Shown piece after piece: positions 50,011 to 62,830 of a stretch of DNA of 64,000 bases. How positions within the stretch are numbered: position 1 is the first letter of the stretch; each line of letters begins with the position of its first letter. The stretch lies in assembly GCA_013239625.1 (NCBI GenBank), contig MU053594.1:900536-964535 (forward strand), in the 5' to 3' direction. The notes under the pieces are model-generated. The model did no database searches. It had not been told where the DNA came from and saw nothing but the letters and a program-made list of their open reading frames with translations. A program made the translations under genes and the position numbers. This DNA comes from Lama guanicoe (lineage: Eukaryota).

Positions 50011-50694
50011 TCACCTGAGTCCTGAACGATCTACTATTCATGTTACTTGACTTCCTTTATGATTCATGACTTATGTACTGTCCTCAGTACCAACCCTGGA
50101 CACAGTTTTCTTGTTAAGTAATTATCTCCCCTACCCTCTGACGCAGCTCTGCCCTCCAACCTACTTTGCTCATCTTAACATTTCCATCCTAGCCTTCTTA
50201 CCCTCTCATGCATGTCTAATTTCCAGCTATTATAAGCTGCAATTCCCAAGGATGTAACTGCAGTGACGAACTATGGTCTGGTACTGGAGCCTTGAGTAGC
50301 CTAGAAAAAGCCTGAGTCCAATAAAACATCTGTAGTCCGCCATCCTGCCATCAACCATTTGGGTCAAGATACGCCGGGCAGAAAGCTACCGAAATGGGCC
50401 TCCTGAGCTGAGAGGCAGTGGGGTCTGATGAAATCTTTGAGAGTAAATAGATTTCTCTCTTACCAACTGTTTGATCAGGGGCAGTTACTCAACCTTTTTG
50501 AGAAGCAGTTAGCTTTTACCTTACAACAGACTTCTGCTGCATTGTGTATGCGTGTGTTTGGTGGTGGGTGTGGACTGAGGGGAGTGCATCATTATAGACC
50601 ATCTTCCAGGGAATCGAACTTGTGGCAACTACCCCACACTGTCCACCCCCACGCACATTGCTCTTATTCTGTTCTGTGCTTTCTTTTCCCACAG

Positions 50695-50905
50695 CTGTGA
50701 TCGATTTCTGAAGTATTATATAATTTATTTGTTTATTATGTTTACTGTCTGTACTGTCCATTTTAATATCCACTAGAATGTGAGTCTGAGGGAAGGAATC
50801 TTTGCTGTTCCTTTTGCGGATTATTTCAAGTGCCTAAAGCAATACCTGATTCACATTAGGTGCTTAGTGAGTGTCTGTTGAATGAATGAACAAACGAATG
50901 AATCA
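50695..50905 (+). mobile_element. L2 3' end
   Basis: 'ccactagaatgtgag..gtgcctaaagcaatacctg..aggtgctt..tgttgaatgaatgaacaaacgaatgaat'. Confidence 0.8.
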
Positions 50906-51536
50906 TAGTCAAAATGGAACATAAGCCAAAATATGTCTCGAAGTGATAACTTTTGGGGAGTCAGGTACTGAGTATAATTTAAATTTCTATGGAAGTTCTC
51001 ATTATTGCTTCCAATTTTAATTCCAAACTCCCTTTTCTCCTTTCCTGCTAGTGTCCTGGAGCTGTATACAGAGTTTAGGATTTATGGATGCAATTCACAA
51101 GACATGTAACTAGCAGACTGGACTTTTCCCCAGTACACTCCCAGCTGGGTGACGACATCGTGGCCACTGAGCACTGCATCTGTGTCGGGAAGAAGAGGAG
51201 GAAAAGGGCTCAGCAATCATCCCCCATCATTACTTCCTTAGCCTGTGTGTCACACATTCCCTACAAGTTCAAGAGTTCATGCACTGCATTACACTACAAA
51301 TTACGTTGCAGAAAGTGAAATAATGTGCTATGTAGTTCTAAATCTCCTTTTCCATAAACTATGCTGTCTTGCTTTATTGTTCAGTGATGCAAAACTTCTC
51401 CTTTACCGAAGATGTATTGGTCTTGATCCCATTAACGTGGGTCAGTAATACTGTAAGTAATAATCCATGCAAGGCAAAGTCCTCATGAACGTTAACGAAA
51501 ACACACAACCAGTAGTGGGGTTTTTTTTTTCCATCA

Positions 51537-51622
51537 GAGCCTTTGAATTTATCAACTCAGTGTACAGAGCATAACGTAAGAGTCTTTGAATTTATCAACT
51601 CAGTGTACAGAGCATAACGTAA
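51537..51622. repeat. Two-copy 43-bp tandem duplication
   Basis: gag(c/t)ctttgaatttatcaactcagtgtacagagcataacgtaa at 51537-51579 and 51580-51622, one mismatch. Confidence 0.95.
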
Positions 51623-53365
51623 TGAGGTCAGAACGAACAGTTAAAAATCATCATCTCATAGCCACTTGTTGAGATTATGAAACAAAAACAATTGGAAAAT
51701 CACAATTTACAGACAGTTAGAAAACCTCCATCATTCAGCGCACTCAAGCCCCATAAATTTCGGAAACATGCTTTTCATCAATCTAATATCTACATTTCAC
51801 TCTGCATAATATTAAGTTGGCTGTACTGAAAAATCTATTTCTTTTCCTGTCTATAATTAAGCCTTACAGCGACAGACAATGAACTCTGCATGTTATTTTT
51901 GGGAGGAAAAATGCACCCAAATCCTTGGCTATGTTTTTTTGGTTCAGTTAATCAGATCAGCAAGTACCGCAATCTTCCTTTGGGAAAACTGTACTTTCTT
52001 CATTTTATGATGATCATTACCAGGGTCTTCATCTCCCCCTTCTGAAATGCTTCGCCATTGCTTTTTTGTGAAACATTCTGCTTTCTCTCCCCAACACACA
52101 GTTACTCTCACTTTTCCAAACTCTTCCAGCAGGCTGGTTCTGCAGACGCTGCACGGCGTGGCTCTCCAAAATCAGGAGAGCGAGGAACGAGGCTCAGTAT
52201 TTCCAAGCTTCACTCTCCTGAACCATGACTGCTCATTTAGTAACTCAGACCTAATTAATAGCTTTTATGCACTGATATTTTTTTAAAAAACCCTAAATCA
52301 ACTCCATCTTTTAAACTTTCAAAGGAAGAACCCAAAGCCTTAAGAATGTTTAAGCCAAATGTGGGGTTTAATAAAATGCGTAGATAGAACACATTCTGAT
52401 TTCTCAACCGCTTTTCTAACTTTACGTTTTAATACACACCGGTCCCAATTACAGTTTTCTTAGCCTAAAGCAAAAAATAATTAACAGTATCCTCCAACTC
52501 CTCCAAAGATAATAAAATTCCATTGATTAGCTCCCATTCTCCCTCAATTCCTATCTTCTAATCTGCCTACCACTGACTGAGGAGTAAATACCATTCCCTT
52601 GAGACTTACTCGTTTTACTCTGATTTGGAGTTAAGGGCAGGGTTTCAGTCTACTTAGTGTCAGTGTTTAAAGCTTATGGTGCGTCTCTCCTCAAGCCTAC
52701 TTGCTCATTTCTGATGAAGCAATTTCAAAAAAACCAAACAAACACAAGACTAACACGCAAGTCTGATTCTTCAATGTATCGTGCCCTTCCGGAACCATTT
52801 ATTTTGTGAAAATAATTGGTCACAATATGGGGAACAAAGGCATCGCTTTTTAAGGCAGTTAGGGTTCAGTTTTCTTTTCCAATGCTGTGGAAGGCAATTG
52901 CTATGACACCCGAAAAGCAGACGGGATGGAAGGATGACCTGGCTGGCTGTTGTCATGCTGAGGACACACTGTGATGTCAGCAGCTAAGAGGCCATGTCCT
53001 TTGACCTCCATCATTCCACAGGTCAATGGCAGGTGTAGAGACTGAGCTCCTTCAATTAACCTGCCTTCTGTCAAAAGGCCAAAAGAGCAATACACAGAGG
53101 TTTTTACACAAACCCATTTATAATGATAATAAAGTGAACTGTAAGCCCTGTAAGTGATCAAGAAGAATAAATTGAGAGCTATTCATGCCTCAGACTCATC
53201 CTATCGGGGGTGTCCAGTTCAGCAGTTCCTATGAATGGGGGGTTTTGCACCCTTGAGTTAACATCACATAAGGCAGAACATTGATGGATTTGCTAATATG
53301 TGGATAACTACAGAAAGGGATGGACAAATGGGACTGAGTAACACACTGCTAAGATCTGCAACTAT

Positions 53366-53860
53366 TATCATAGGGAAGAACAAATCTGACTCCATATTAG
53401 ATCTGTTTCTCTTACTTTAACCTTTGTATTCTATTGATTTTTCTAGAAGTTAAGAATGTTGCCTAGCCTGAAATATACAGGATAGCCCATTCTCAAGGCT
53501 CTGACTTTTAAAGGTGTAGCACTTTTCCATTCATGCAGAGATAAAAAGTTCCAGAACAGAGAATAACATTTGTCTCATTGGAGGTTTACGAGAACATCGT
53601 GACCTGACCATCTCGACAGGTGCAAGGATAAAAGATTCCAACACCAAGAAGTTTCCAACGACCAACGACACCCTCTCATCTTTTAGTGTAAAAGAAGTCT
53701 GAATTCTAACTTGGGTAAGATGGTTCTCTGGGACACTAGTCTACCATCTTCTTGGTCTGCTGTCTCTCCAAAAAAAGTCACTATTCCTTGACCCAACAAC
53801 TGGTCTTTTGATCTATTGGCCTGTCATGCAGTGAGTAGTACGGACCTGGACTTGGTAACA
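53366..53860 (+). mobile_element. ERV1-like solo LTR (~495 bp)
   Basis: Begins tatcataGGGAAGAACAAATCTGACTCCATATTAG and ends 'ttggtaaCA'; has an aagatgg..ccatctt hairpin and a decayed poly(A) signal; 4-bp flanks ctat / ctgt. Confidence 0.8.
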
Positions 53861-56314
53861 CTGTGAATCAGGGGAGACAGAGAATTATGGATGCAAAAGT
53901 CCACCTTAAACCAAAAAAGGAAAAAAAAAAAACAAAATAAAAGTCAGCCTAGGTCATCTGTGGAGTGTTCTTTAGGGTTTTCTGCCTTTCAGTCTTTTCA
54001 TTGTTAGCTCAAAACACAAATGCTATGAACATAGTGACATAAAGAGAAAGACCAGGACACAGGAGTTAACAACCATAACCTGCCAGCTCTGGCTACAAAG
54101 GACTGCACAGAAGTCCTCCAGCATCTGAAAAATGATTCTCTCTGCCTCTAGGCACCACCAGGGATGTACTTAGTTGATCTGTTTCAGAAATACAAACATC
54201 TCCAGGAGAGAAAGGCTGAAATAAAATTATGCGCTTTCTCTCTGGTTAAAATTTGTATTTGTCTAATAAGTCTTAGAAAAATAGATTCTGTGGTCTCAGG
54301 CAAAAAAAAATGGTCTTTGGGCTTGGGCTAATCTGGAAGGTTGCTATGTTTTAATTATTTATATATCCTGTATTGCTATAAAGTGGACTAAAATACAGTC
54401 AATTTATAATTACCTGTGCAAATTGAAGAGAAACTATTCAGACAGTCTAACATAAAACCTTACTGTTATTGTCCTTACACTGTATTGGGATTATGATTTA
54501 TCTTCTGAGAACTTAACATTTCAAATTTTATTGTTTTAATCTACCTAACAAAGGCTCTTCCAGAAGCTGGAAATCGGCAAGCTTTCCCAATCTACTACTC
54601 TGTTCACACCTCTTTCAACTTTCCAAGTTGGAAATAGCCAGAATCCATACGTATAGCTTACACTTTCCCTTGGGAAAGAGATAAGAAAGAAACAGGGACG
54701 CGTCTCAGTGGCGGATGGACTGTTAACACCATCTTCCCTAATGATGTTAGTAAGAACTGAGAAGCAAGAGACATTCCTGAGAATCTGAACAATGATTTCC
54801 GATTTCCATTCCATAAGAAAGAACTGTTCAGTCTTCAATACCAGATTGCTCCGCCCTTCCTGACTTAGGTCAACTGGTCCATGAAACATGTACTGAAGAA
54901 GAAACTGATCAGTCACAAACTTAGTAAATGTCACCTGGAGATTGGCAAGAAGTCAGAGGTGCCTTTTAGAGCATTCATCACCAAATGTTCACCAAAAGTG
55001 TCCCTACATTCCCAGTTCTGGAAAACCAGCATTCAGTTCATGGGATCTGTTAGGTTGCCAGTGGCAAGAGCCCTGCACTGCCTGCTCCTTCTGGTTTTAC
55101 AGCTACAGCTGTGAAAATCTTCCCTCAACTCCTCTCCCAGGGTGCTGTAACCCCACTACTGACAGCAGATTTTCTCCCTGATAATGAGTGTCAGTGCAAT
55201 ACGAGGGTTGTTACGTGGAATCTGGTGCTAGAAACGAATCTGTCTGCACTCAGCGATCACCACTGATCAAGGTGTTCCATCATCCCCGTTACTGGTATTA
55301 ACGTGGCTTACAGAAGTTAGGTATAATTTGCTAAGTTGCAGGAGAACTGCTTCCCCAGCTCTCAGAAGGAAGATAACCGGGGAGACTGGCATAACGTCTG
55401 TGAGCTATTATCTGTCTGTATGGTATATGGGAGCTGAGTGAAATAAATCTATGCCTGAATAAATCTAGTCAGAAACCCAAAAGGTATCCACTCAATATAT
55501 TTCCTAAGAACCTTACAGCATCGTGCCGGGCACCGCAGGATGACTGAAAGAGAGACTTTCCCTAATGGTCCTCATAACCAAACGGGAGACAAAGCAAGTA
55601 AACACATAAACTCAGGAAATGCATCTTGTAATAAACGTGGTAAGGCAGCTACGAAGCACCCTGGGAGTTCACCAGGACAGACTGTTTCCTGCTGGGTGAA
55701 GAGAGGTTTGTGAAAACCTTAACCCAGATTCCCAATTCATCGAGTTAAACACAAAGATCATAAGAGGAGAAAGGAAAACTGGGTGGGAAATCTCTGGAAT
55801 AAGTGTGAAGAACAATGATGCTGTCCACGTCTTTTACATTCAGTACGACTGTGTTATTAGGCAACCACTTGACGGAACAAATATGAATGATAACTGCAGA
55901 GCTGGAAGCAAAGAAAAGGAAGGCACGGTGGCCACGGCGCCTCACCTGAGCAAGTCTCATAAAAACGCAGTCTAGTCCCAGGCGTTGTGGGGTTAGGGCT
56001 AACAGAATGGTGGTCTCACCCAACAGGAAATCACAGAACTGTCCCAGATTTCTCCTGGTACAGCTGTGTTTGCAGGCAGGCCAACATCTGTATCAGTCAA
56101 GACAAACCTTTGTCAATTGACACATTTAATAACCTTTATGGATGGAAATTCTATAGCTTCCCTTGGTAGTCAGCCTAAGAATTTAATCATGCTGATACCC
56201 AGGATCTTGTCCGGGGTTTAGTAAACCTCTCAGCACAGTCACACATGCATAGCTGTGCAGACACCATCAGGGCTCCAGGATGACTCGGCTAGCCAGACTG
56301 CCGTCCATAGTAAC

Positions 56315-56540
56315 AGCATATTTATTGAGGGCTCACTGTGTACCACAACTGCTCCAACTGGTTGGCATGGATTGATTTACTTCTCTCTCACAAGGACACT
56401 ACCAAATGACTTTTGTCATCCTCACGCTACAGAGCAGTAAGCTTGATGGACCAGTAATACAGTGAAGTCACCAATAATATACAGCTGGTACTTGGCGGAG
56501 CGGCCTGGTTCTTGAGTCAGTGCCCTTAACCACTTCTCTA
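56315..56540 (-). mobile_element. MIR
   Basis: 'catatttattgagggctcactgtgtacca..cagtgcccttaaccact'. Confidence 0.55.
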
Positions 56541-56644
56541 AGAGCATCAGGATAGCCGTGCAGACATCAGGATAACTACATCATAAGGTACACAGCAGAG
56601 GAGCAATAAATACTGAGGAAGGAGACCTGCGTTCCATGGTACGT

Positions 56645-56822
56645 AAGAACCCATCAATTGTAAGATGCACCATTATTATTTCTCATACCACTACGAAAGA
56701 AAAAACCTTGTCAATCAAATTATGACACAGCGGTCAAAAGCCACCAATTATAAGACAGTCCTGATTTCAGAGATGTTAAAATGAGGGTGAAAATGTGCAT
56801 TTTGGAATCTACAAAGTACTGT
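56645..56822. mobile_element. TcMar (MER104/Kanga-like) relic
   Basis: 'ttgtaagatgcaccatt..ttataagac..cctgatttcagagatgttaaaat..aaatgtgcattttggaatc'. Confidence 0.6.
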
Positions 56823-56951
56823 TACACTCTGAATTACAGTGAACAAATCATTTACCCAGAGGCTCAGTGTCTACATTTGTAATAGGAGGCTGATGAGTAT
56901 TAAGGTCCCTTCTGACAACCTGACAAGTCTAGATACCACCTGTATAAAGAA

Positions 56952-57113
56952 CAGGGTGAGCACCAGGGTGAAGAGAGTGAGGCGTCCAGGGCGCAAAATT
57001 TAAGGAGGCACTACTCTCAGGTTAGTGCAAGTCCAGTGTGGGTACCAGAAAGTGAGCGCCTCCTTAACTCATGCACCCTGGCTCCTGGCTTCCCTCATCT
57101 GAGTGGGGCTCTG
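56952..57113. mobile_element. MER91-like hAT-Tip100 palindromic MITE
   Basis: CAGGG..CTG ends; inner arms cagggcgcaaaatttaaggaggcact (from 56987) and agcgcctccttaactcatgcaccctg (to 57080); 8-bp flanks ataaagaa / atgaggaa. Confidence 0.8.
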
Positions 57114-57469
57114 ATGAGGAAAGCCATGAGGGATGCAGACAATCTATCTTCTGGGTTTTTCATTAAGATCTTTTAAAATGACCTGTTCACACTTAAGAGC
57201 AACTTTTCCCAATTACTTTTGTCTCTCCTATAGCGACATTTTCCTTGCCATGGAGTATTTATATTTCTACTCCCTTTTCAGCTTCCCCCCATTTCTATGA
57301 AAATCCCTGATTCCAAATTCATTCTGCTGGCTCTGCACTGTTTTACTGAGGTCAAGGACAGATGTGTGAGCTCCCTTGGGCTGGTGGCTTCCCTGTATCC
57401 CTAAGTTGTAAACTGCATCCCATCTCATGGGAAACCCAATGCTGATCTCAAGGGATGGATATAGAGGAG

Positions 57470-57612
57470 GCCCCTGCTACTTGGACCACCAGGATCACAT
57501 TGCCTGGGAGCATCTTAGAAATGCAGAATCTCAACCCCACTTCTGGACTTGCAGAATCTGCATTTTAACAAGATCCCTGGGGTCCTTATAAACGGCAAAT
57601 TTGAGAAGCACA
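57470..57612. mobile_element. MER5A-like hAT relic
   Basis: 'cctgggagcatcttagaaatgcagaatctc..gaatctgcattttaacaagatccc..tttgagaagcac'. Confidence 0.8.
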
Positions 57613-60600
57613 GGACACGGCAAAATCATGCCAAAGACACAGGAAAACTCCAGTGATAATAACTACTCCTTATTAAGCACCTAACAGGCGGCAGATGCTT
57701 TCCGCACAGCATCTCCGTTCCATTCAACAATACAGACAAGTAAATGACGATTCTTTTAAATCCAGTGACCCAAGTGGAAGTTCTTCTCGAAGTATGGTGT
57801 ACCTATCACTTCAGGCCAACAAGGCAACGTTTTGTAAACTTTTTTTTCCTGCAAATAGCAGCATATGCTTTCCCTGCAACTATAAACACTAGCGATCAGG
57901 ACTTTCAGTCTGCACAGGCTGACGTCAACTGCGTACACTTAATCTAATTATTAAACTTTCTGAAATTCAGTCACCTGCGATGTAAAGTGCTTAGCCGTGC
58001 AAGGCAAGCAGGGAGAACTCCACAAATAAAACATACTATGCCACTCGGCCAGTAGCAAAGGCTAGTTAAACTCAACGAGCCCAAATCATTGGCCTCAATT
58101 TGCCCTGTCCTTCAATTTCCTCGAGAGAAAAATACGGCATCTATCTACACAGCTCTTAAGTGATAACAGGCAAAGATATCATTGTCTCTTCAAAACAACC
58201 TCTCTTCTGAGTAAAGATACCTGGATGTAACTTTAATTGCGACAGAAAAATTGAGCAGGCAAAAACAAAACAAAAACCAAAAAACCCAAAAAACCCCGCC
58301 CTCCTCCCACGACTGTGGATGTTCATTCTGATAGCACAGAGGCACCTTGCTCATTTACTGAACTCCAGGGAGGTAGAGGATTGCTTCTGATGGAGCTGTT
58401 AAGCAAATAAGGATCTTCACTGCTGCTGAATAAATTAAGCTATTCTTATTTGACCTTGCCAGACTCAGTCTGAGTGACCGACATGATCCCTCATTGTCTC
58501 GCGTTCATCTGTATGATGTGACAGGCATGCTCACCATGTCCAGACCCTTCTTGCCTTTGTCGCTTTTATAAAAGGTTTCATTGAATGGCTTATTAAAACT
58601 GCTGTATATAAAACTACTCCTTTGAAAGATTTCTCTGGCTTGGCTCCAGCTCAATTAGCAGGCTACTTCCAGCTGATGAAAAGTAACAGTCAATATCAGA
58701 TTATAGTTAGCAAGTATTCAACAGAGTAATCAAATTAGATGTTGGTATCTATGGAGACATACCAAAAATTTCCACTAAGCCCTGTGGTTTTACAATGAGA
58801 CGACCACGGCTTTATATTAAATTATTGTTCAAAATGTTTTCTCAAAATCTAATCTGCATCTCAGGGGATACAGAGTCAAAGTCTATGGGCATATCAAAAA
58901 ATGTATAAGCAGGGCTTTTCCTATTTAAATATTAAGTAGCCTTGAGGGTCTATGAGAATAATCTGCATGGATCTTGGTCTGCCTTCCCCAATTCCTTCCC
59001 AACGATCAATTACAGCTGGCCACGGTCAAGACGAAGTGACACCTGCTCTTGCACTAAAATTGACCCAGTGTGTAGTCCAAGACTGGGAGGATCAGAGAAA
59101 AAAAGGAAAGACAATCACAGCTTTTGATATGCTTACGATCTAAATAGGATTATTAAACATGCAAGTTAAAAGACAGTATTAATACAGCAGATTTCAATTT
59201 ATGTGCATTTGGAGCAAAAATGTACACAGATGTGTAAACATTATGTGCAAATTGAGTGTAGCTGCAAGAAGGCAGAGTAAATTTAGCCTCTACTGGACTT
59301 TGTTGCATTTAGTTCATTTAAAACAAAACAACAAAAAATCCTTAGATGAGATTTTCTTTTATAAAAAAAAAGTCTGATGCCCTGTTAGATGGGGTCATCT
59401 GGCAGACTCCTAGCTAAGAGGTATCATGCACATAGTCCTAGGAAGCAGGCGCCTCTTTGTCCACCATGCGGCAGGGGTCCCAGCAAGACCTCCCTGCCCA
59501 TCATCTATGGTCCACGTCCAACTCTGGGCCCTGCGAGCACAGGTGGGATCCATCCTCTGTACTTCCTGGCAACAAAGACCTGATTGGTGGGAGCTGGGCA
59601 GCTGTCTTAGACCTCTTTTCCTCACAGATTCTGCCTCCCACCCCCATCCTTCTGTCTCTCCACAGATCTCTTTCCTTCTGCTCTGGTGACACGAAAGGCA
59701 GGATGGTAAACACTCTGGCTAAGCAGTCATCCAACTGGGGAACAAAGTGACAGTCTCTCCTCTTGCAGGCCTCCCCCATCTTGACCAGGCCTATCTTCCA
59801 ACTTCTGATCGACTTCTGGAAGAGCAATCACTACCTTCTAGTGTCGTTGGGAGAATTAAATGAAATAGCAGATGTGAAAGTAATTTATAAAATGTAAAGG
59901 CTAAATAAATGTAAGAAATGATTATTTCTAGACAGTAACAGATTTTAAAAATAAACACATGTACAACAGGGCTTATCTTCACTCAAATGCCAATCATGTG
60001 GTTCTGGATCCAAGCAATGTGCAACACAAAGTGAAAAACAGGACAGCAGAAGCCACTCCACTCCGTTTCCTTAATGACTTACATTTACTTTGGCAACTAA
60101 ATACACGATGACTTGGCAGTTAGGGCCGCTGCAAGCACCAGGAAAACAAAGCCAGCACTAACTAACACGACGCTACTTATGACTCTGCACGATCATATGA
60201 TTTAATGTTTTGGCAACTGACAACCACAGCCATGTCTCTTTCCCTCTTGTCACTATAAAAATACTGTTATGTGATCTAGAGCTTTCGAAATTATATCAGT
60301 TATAGCCTCCATTCAAACAATTAACTTAATAATCCATGATTACCAATTAGATGCTCAATCGGACAGATGCTCTTAACGTACAAAAGCTGTATTGCATGTG
60401 AATACCACCCGCATCAAACTGGATTGACAGGTCTTTTTTTCTAAGCTAAAAAAAAAAAAAAAGTCTTCGCAGAGCATTTAATTTTCAGGGTCTTCTGATT
60501 TGACAACCTGTATGTGATTTAGATGGAATACTTTGTATTTTTACCTTGCAAACCTAAATTTTCATCAGGACACCGTGTTCTTTAAGGACATTTCAGACTT

Positions 60601-61559
60601 TAAGGAAATACATATACTTACCTGGGAGACCTGATTCATATGATCAGGTAAAGCACATTCCTGGAGTGCGCACTTGAAAATCACACCATATATTACTAAC
60701 TCAATACAGCGTATCATCTTCTGCCAGCCTCCTTTTCCATTATTACATAAATGGATGGTGGAAAAAAAATAACTATAATTCCACACGCCTTATTCAACCC
60801 CAAATCTGTTCTCCTTTCCAGAAACACAATCAGTTATCTAAGCCTATTCTCTGTAGAATTTCAGAATCTGAATCTCTGTTATTACCTAGATTATAATATA
60901 CTGCAAGAGTATTAGGATGTTTAAGCCTTTGAAGATACCTTTGTGAACAAAGTCTCCCAAAGATTGAAGACCATTCCTTTAGAAGAAAGAGTAAGCTGGA
61001 GCAAGAGCTCATTTCTCTAATATGTCAACCTTGAATTCTTTTTTTTTTTTTTAAATATAGTGACCAGGTCTTGGCCATAAAGGCAAATGAGTGGAAAAGT
61101 ATCAAGCCAGTATTTTTAGCCACTGTGAAGCAGACTTGATGGACTGGTTGATTTAGTTGAAGGTGCTAGAATATCATGGTCTGTGTCATGTTCATCAAAC
61201 GGAAGTTTGTCTAATTTTTTCTAAAAAAATAACTGATTTTCTTATGAAACATTTAAATGCATTCAAAAAAAATGTGTATCCAAGAACTACAAAGCCCTGT
61301 GGTTGATCACAGATAACCTCAATTTTCACATTAATCAGATCAAAAGTAAATCATAATATTTGGTGCAAAGTCTTGACAATTTATTGTTCATTTGGCTAAC
61401 CGAGTCAACATCTGTCTCTGGGACACAAGAAACACACACAGTACTCGGCCCCCTTGGGAGGGAAGAGGAGGCTCGTGAATGCGAGGATTGAAGGCCCCAA
61501 AGGAGACGGCGGGGCAGGGGGGAGCATGGGCTCCGGGGTTGGTCTCTGGGATTTGATGC

Positions 61560-61700
61560 CTTTTTCTACCACCTGCCAGTTGACTGAGTTTAGCCAAGTC
61601 ACTTAACCTCTGGTACCTCAGTCTCTGAAGCTTTTAAATGAGGAGTGAATCAGATAATACATGTAAAATGCTTAAAACACATATGCGCTTCATAGAACTG
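61560..61700 (+). mobile_element. MIR
   Basis: 'caagtcacttaacctctggtacctcagt..gataatacatgtaaaatgcttaaaaca'. Confidence 0.7.
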
Positions 61701-62374
61701 TTCCACAGGCTTACCTTTTAGGAAGTTCAAGGATAAGAAACACAAATTACAGCCTCATGCAAACGGGAAGGTGGCTGCGACCAGAGGCTGGTCTTTCTCA
61801 AAGGCCACGGGCCCCCCCGCCTCTCTGGCGGTGCCCCTGCTCCTCCCTCCACCATGCTGGGTCAGCTCTCCCTACCGACTGGTTTCCTTTCTACCCCGGC
61901 TGGCACGCAGCCCAGGGGCCAGCCTAGTTGGGCAGAACTGGCCAGGACTTTTCAGTTGCTCACCAACCCAGTCTCCTGAGTTTCAACACTCAGATCACTA
62001 CAAGAGAAACACAAGTGGACCACATCCGCCTGCCGATGCTCGACAGCCTCGGAGCTGGTTGCCCCTGGGACAGGTCTCCTGCCCATTCAAGCAGGCCATG
62101 GTCAGGAGGGAGCATTTGTGGTCCAGGGCACGCGGTTCGGGTCAGAGGAGCTGTAGGAAGACCACATCCTGTGGTCTAGATCACTGTCCCAAATGCTCTT
62201 CCAGAAGACCCTTCCTCAGAATGTGGTGGATAAAATACAGTAAGACATCTTTGAAAATCTTCTCTCATCACTACCCCCTACCTCCATCCCAATGGTGCAA
62301 TGAAAATGGTTCTGAGCAAGACTTTCCATAACTGTGGTGCCCTCCTCAGTCTCAGGCCCTGGAAAGGACCCGGG

Positions 62375-62830
62375 AGTGGGTGGAGTCATGACTCTTCAAA
62401 AGACGAGGCATATTCCAACCCCTAGAATCTGTGAATAAGACTGTATTTTGAAAAAGAGTCTTGGCAGATTAACTCAAGGATTTTGAGATGAGATCATCCT
62501 GAATTTAGGATGGGCCCTAAATCTACCGACCAGTGTCCTTTTAAGAAGAGCAGAGGGAGACCTGAGACACTAAGGCCACACAGAGGCCATGTGAAGACAG
62601 ACGCAAAGACTGGACTTCCGCAGCCCCAAGCCAAAGAACTACTGGAACCATTAGAATAAGCTGGAAGAGGCAAGGAAGGAGTCTCCCCGAGAGCCTTCAG
62701 AGGCATCAAAGCCCTGCCCACACCTTGGTTTCAGACTTCTGGCCTCCAGAATTGGGAGAGAATACATTTCTGTTGTTTTAAGCCACTGAGATTGTGGTAA
62801 TTGTTTTGACGGCTCTAAGAAACCACTGCA
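62375..62830 (+). mobile_element. MaLR solo LTR, MLT1C/D-like
   Basis: 'aaggattttgagatgagatcatcctg..gggccctaaatc..gccatgtgaagacag..caccttggtttcagacttctggcctccagaa..atacatttctgttgttttaagccac'. Confidence 0.9.

Noticed and set aside
51537..51622. CRISPR-like repeat
   Set aside because: Only two abutting copies, no spacers, eukaryotic context
53895..53952. Possible poly(A)-only insertion between aaaagtc repeats
   Set aside because: Putative TSD is only 7 low-complexity bases
54545..54934. 129-aa minus-strand ORF in AT-rich DNA with an internal acceptor-like site
   Set aside because: No recognisable protein similarity and only a weak donor; cannot be supported without conservation data
61771..62331. 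Longest ORF in the window (186 aa)
   Set aside because: GTG start, low-complexity composition, no domain; chance ORF in GC-rich sequence
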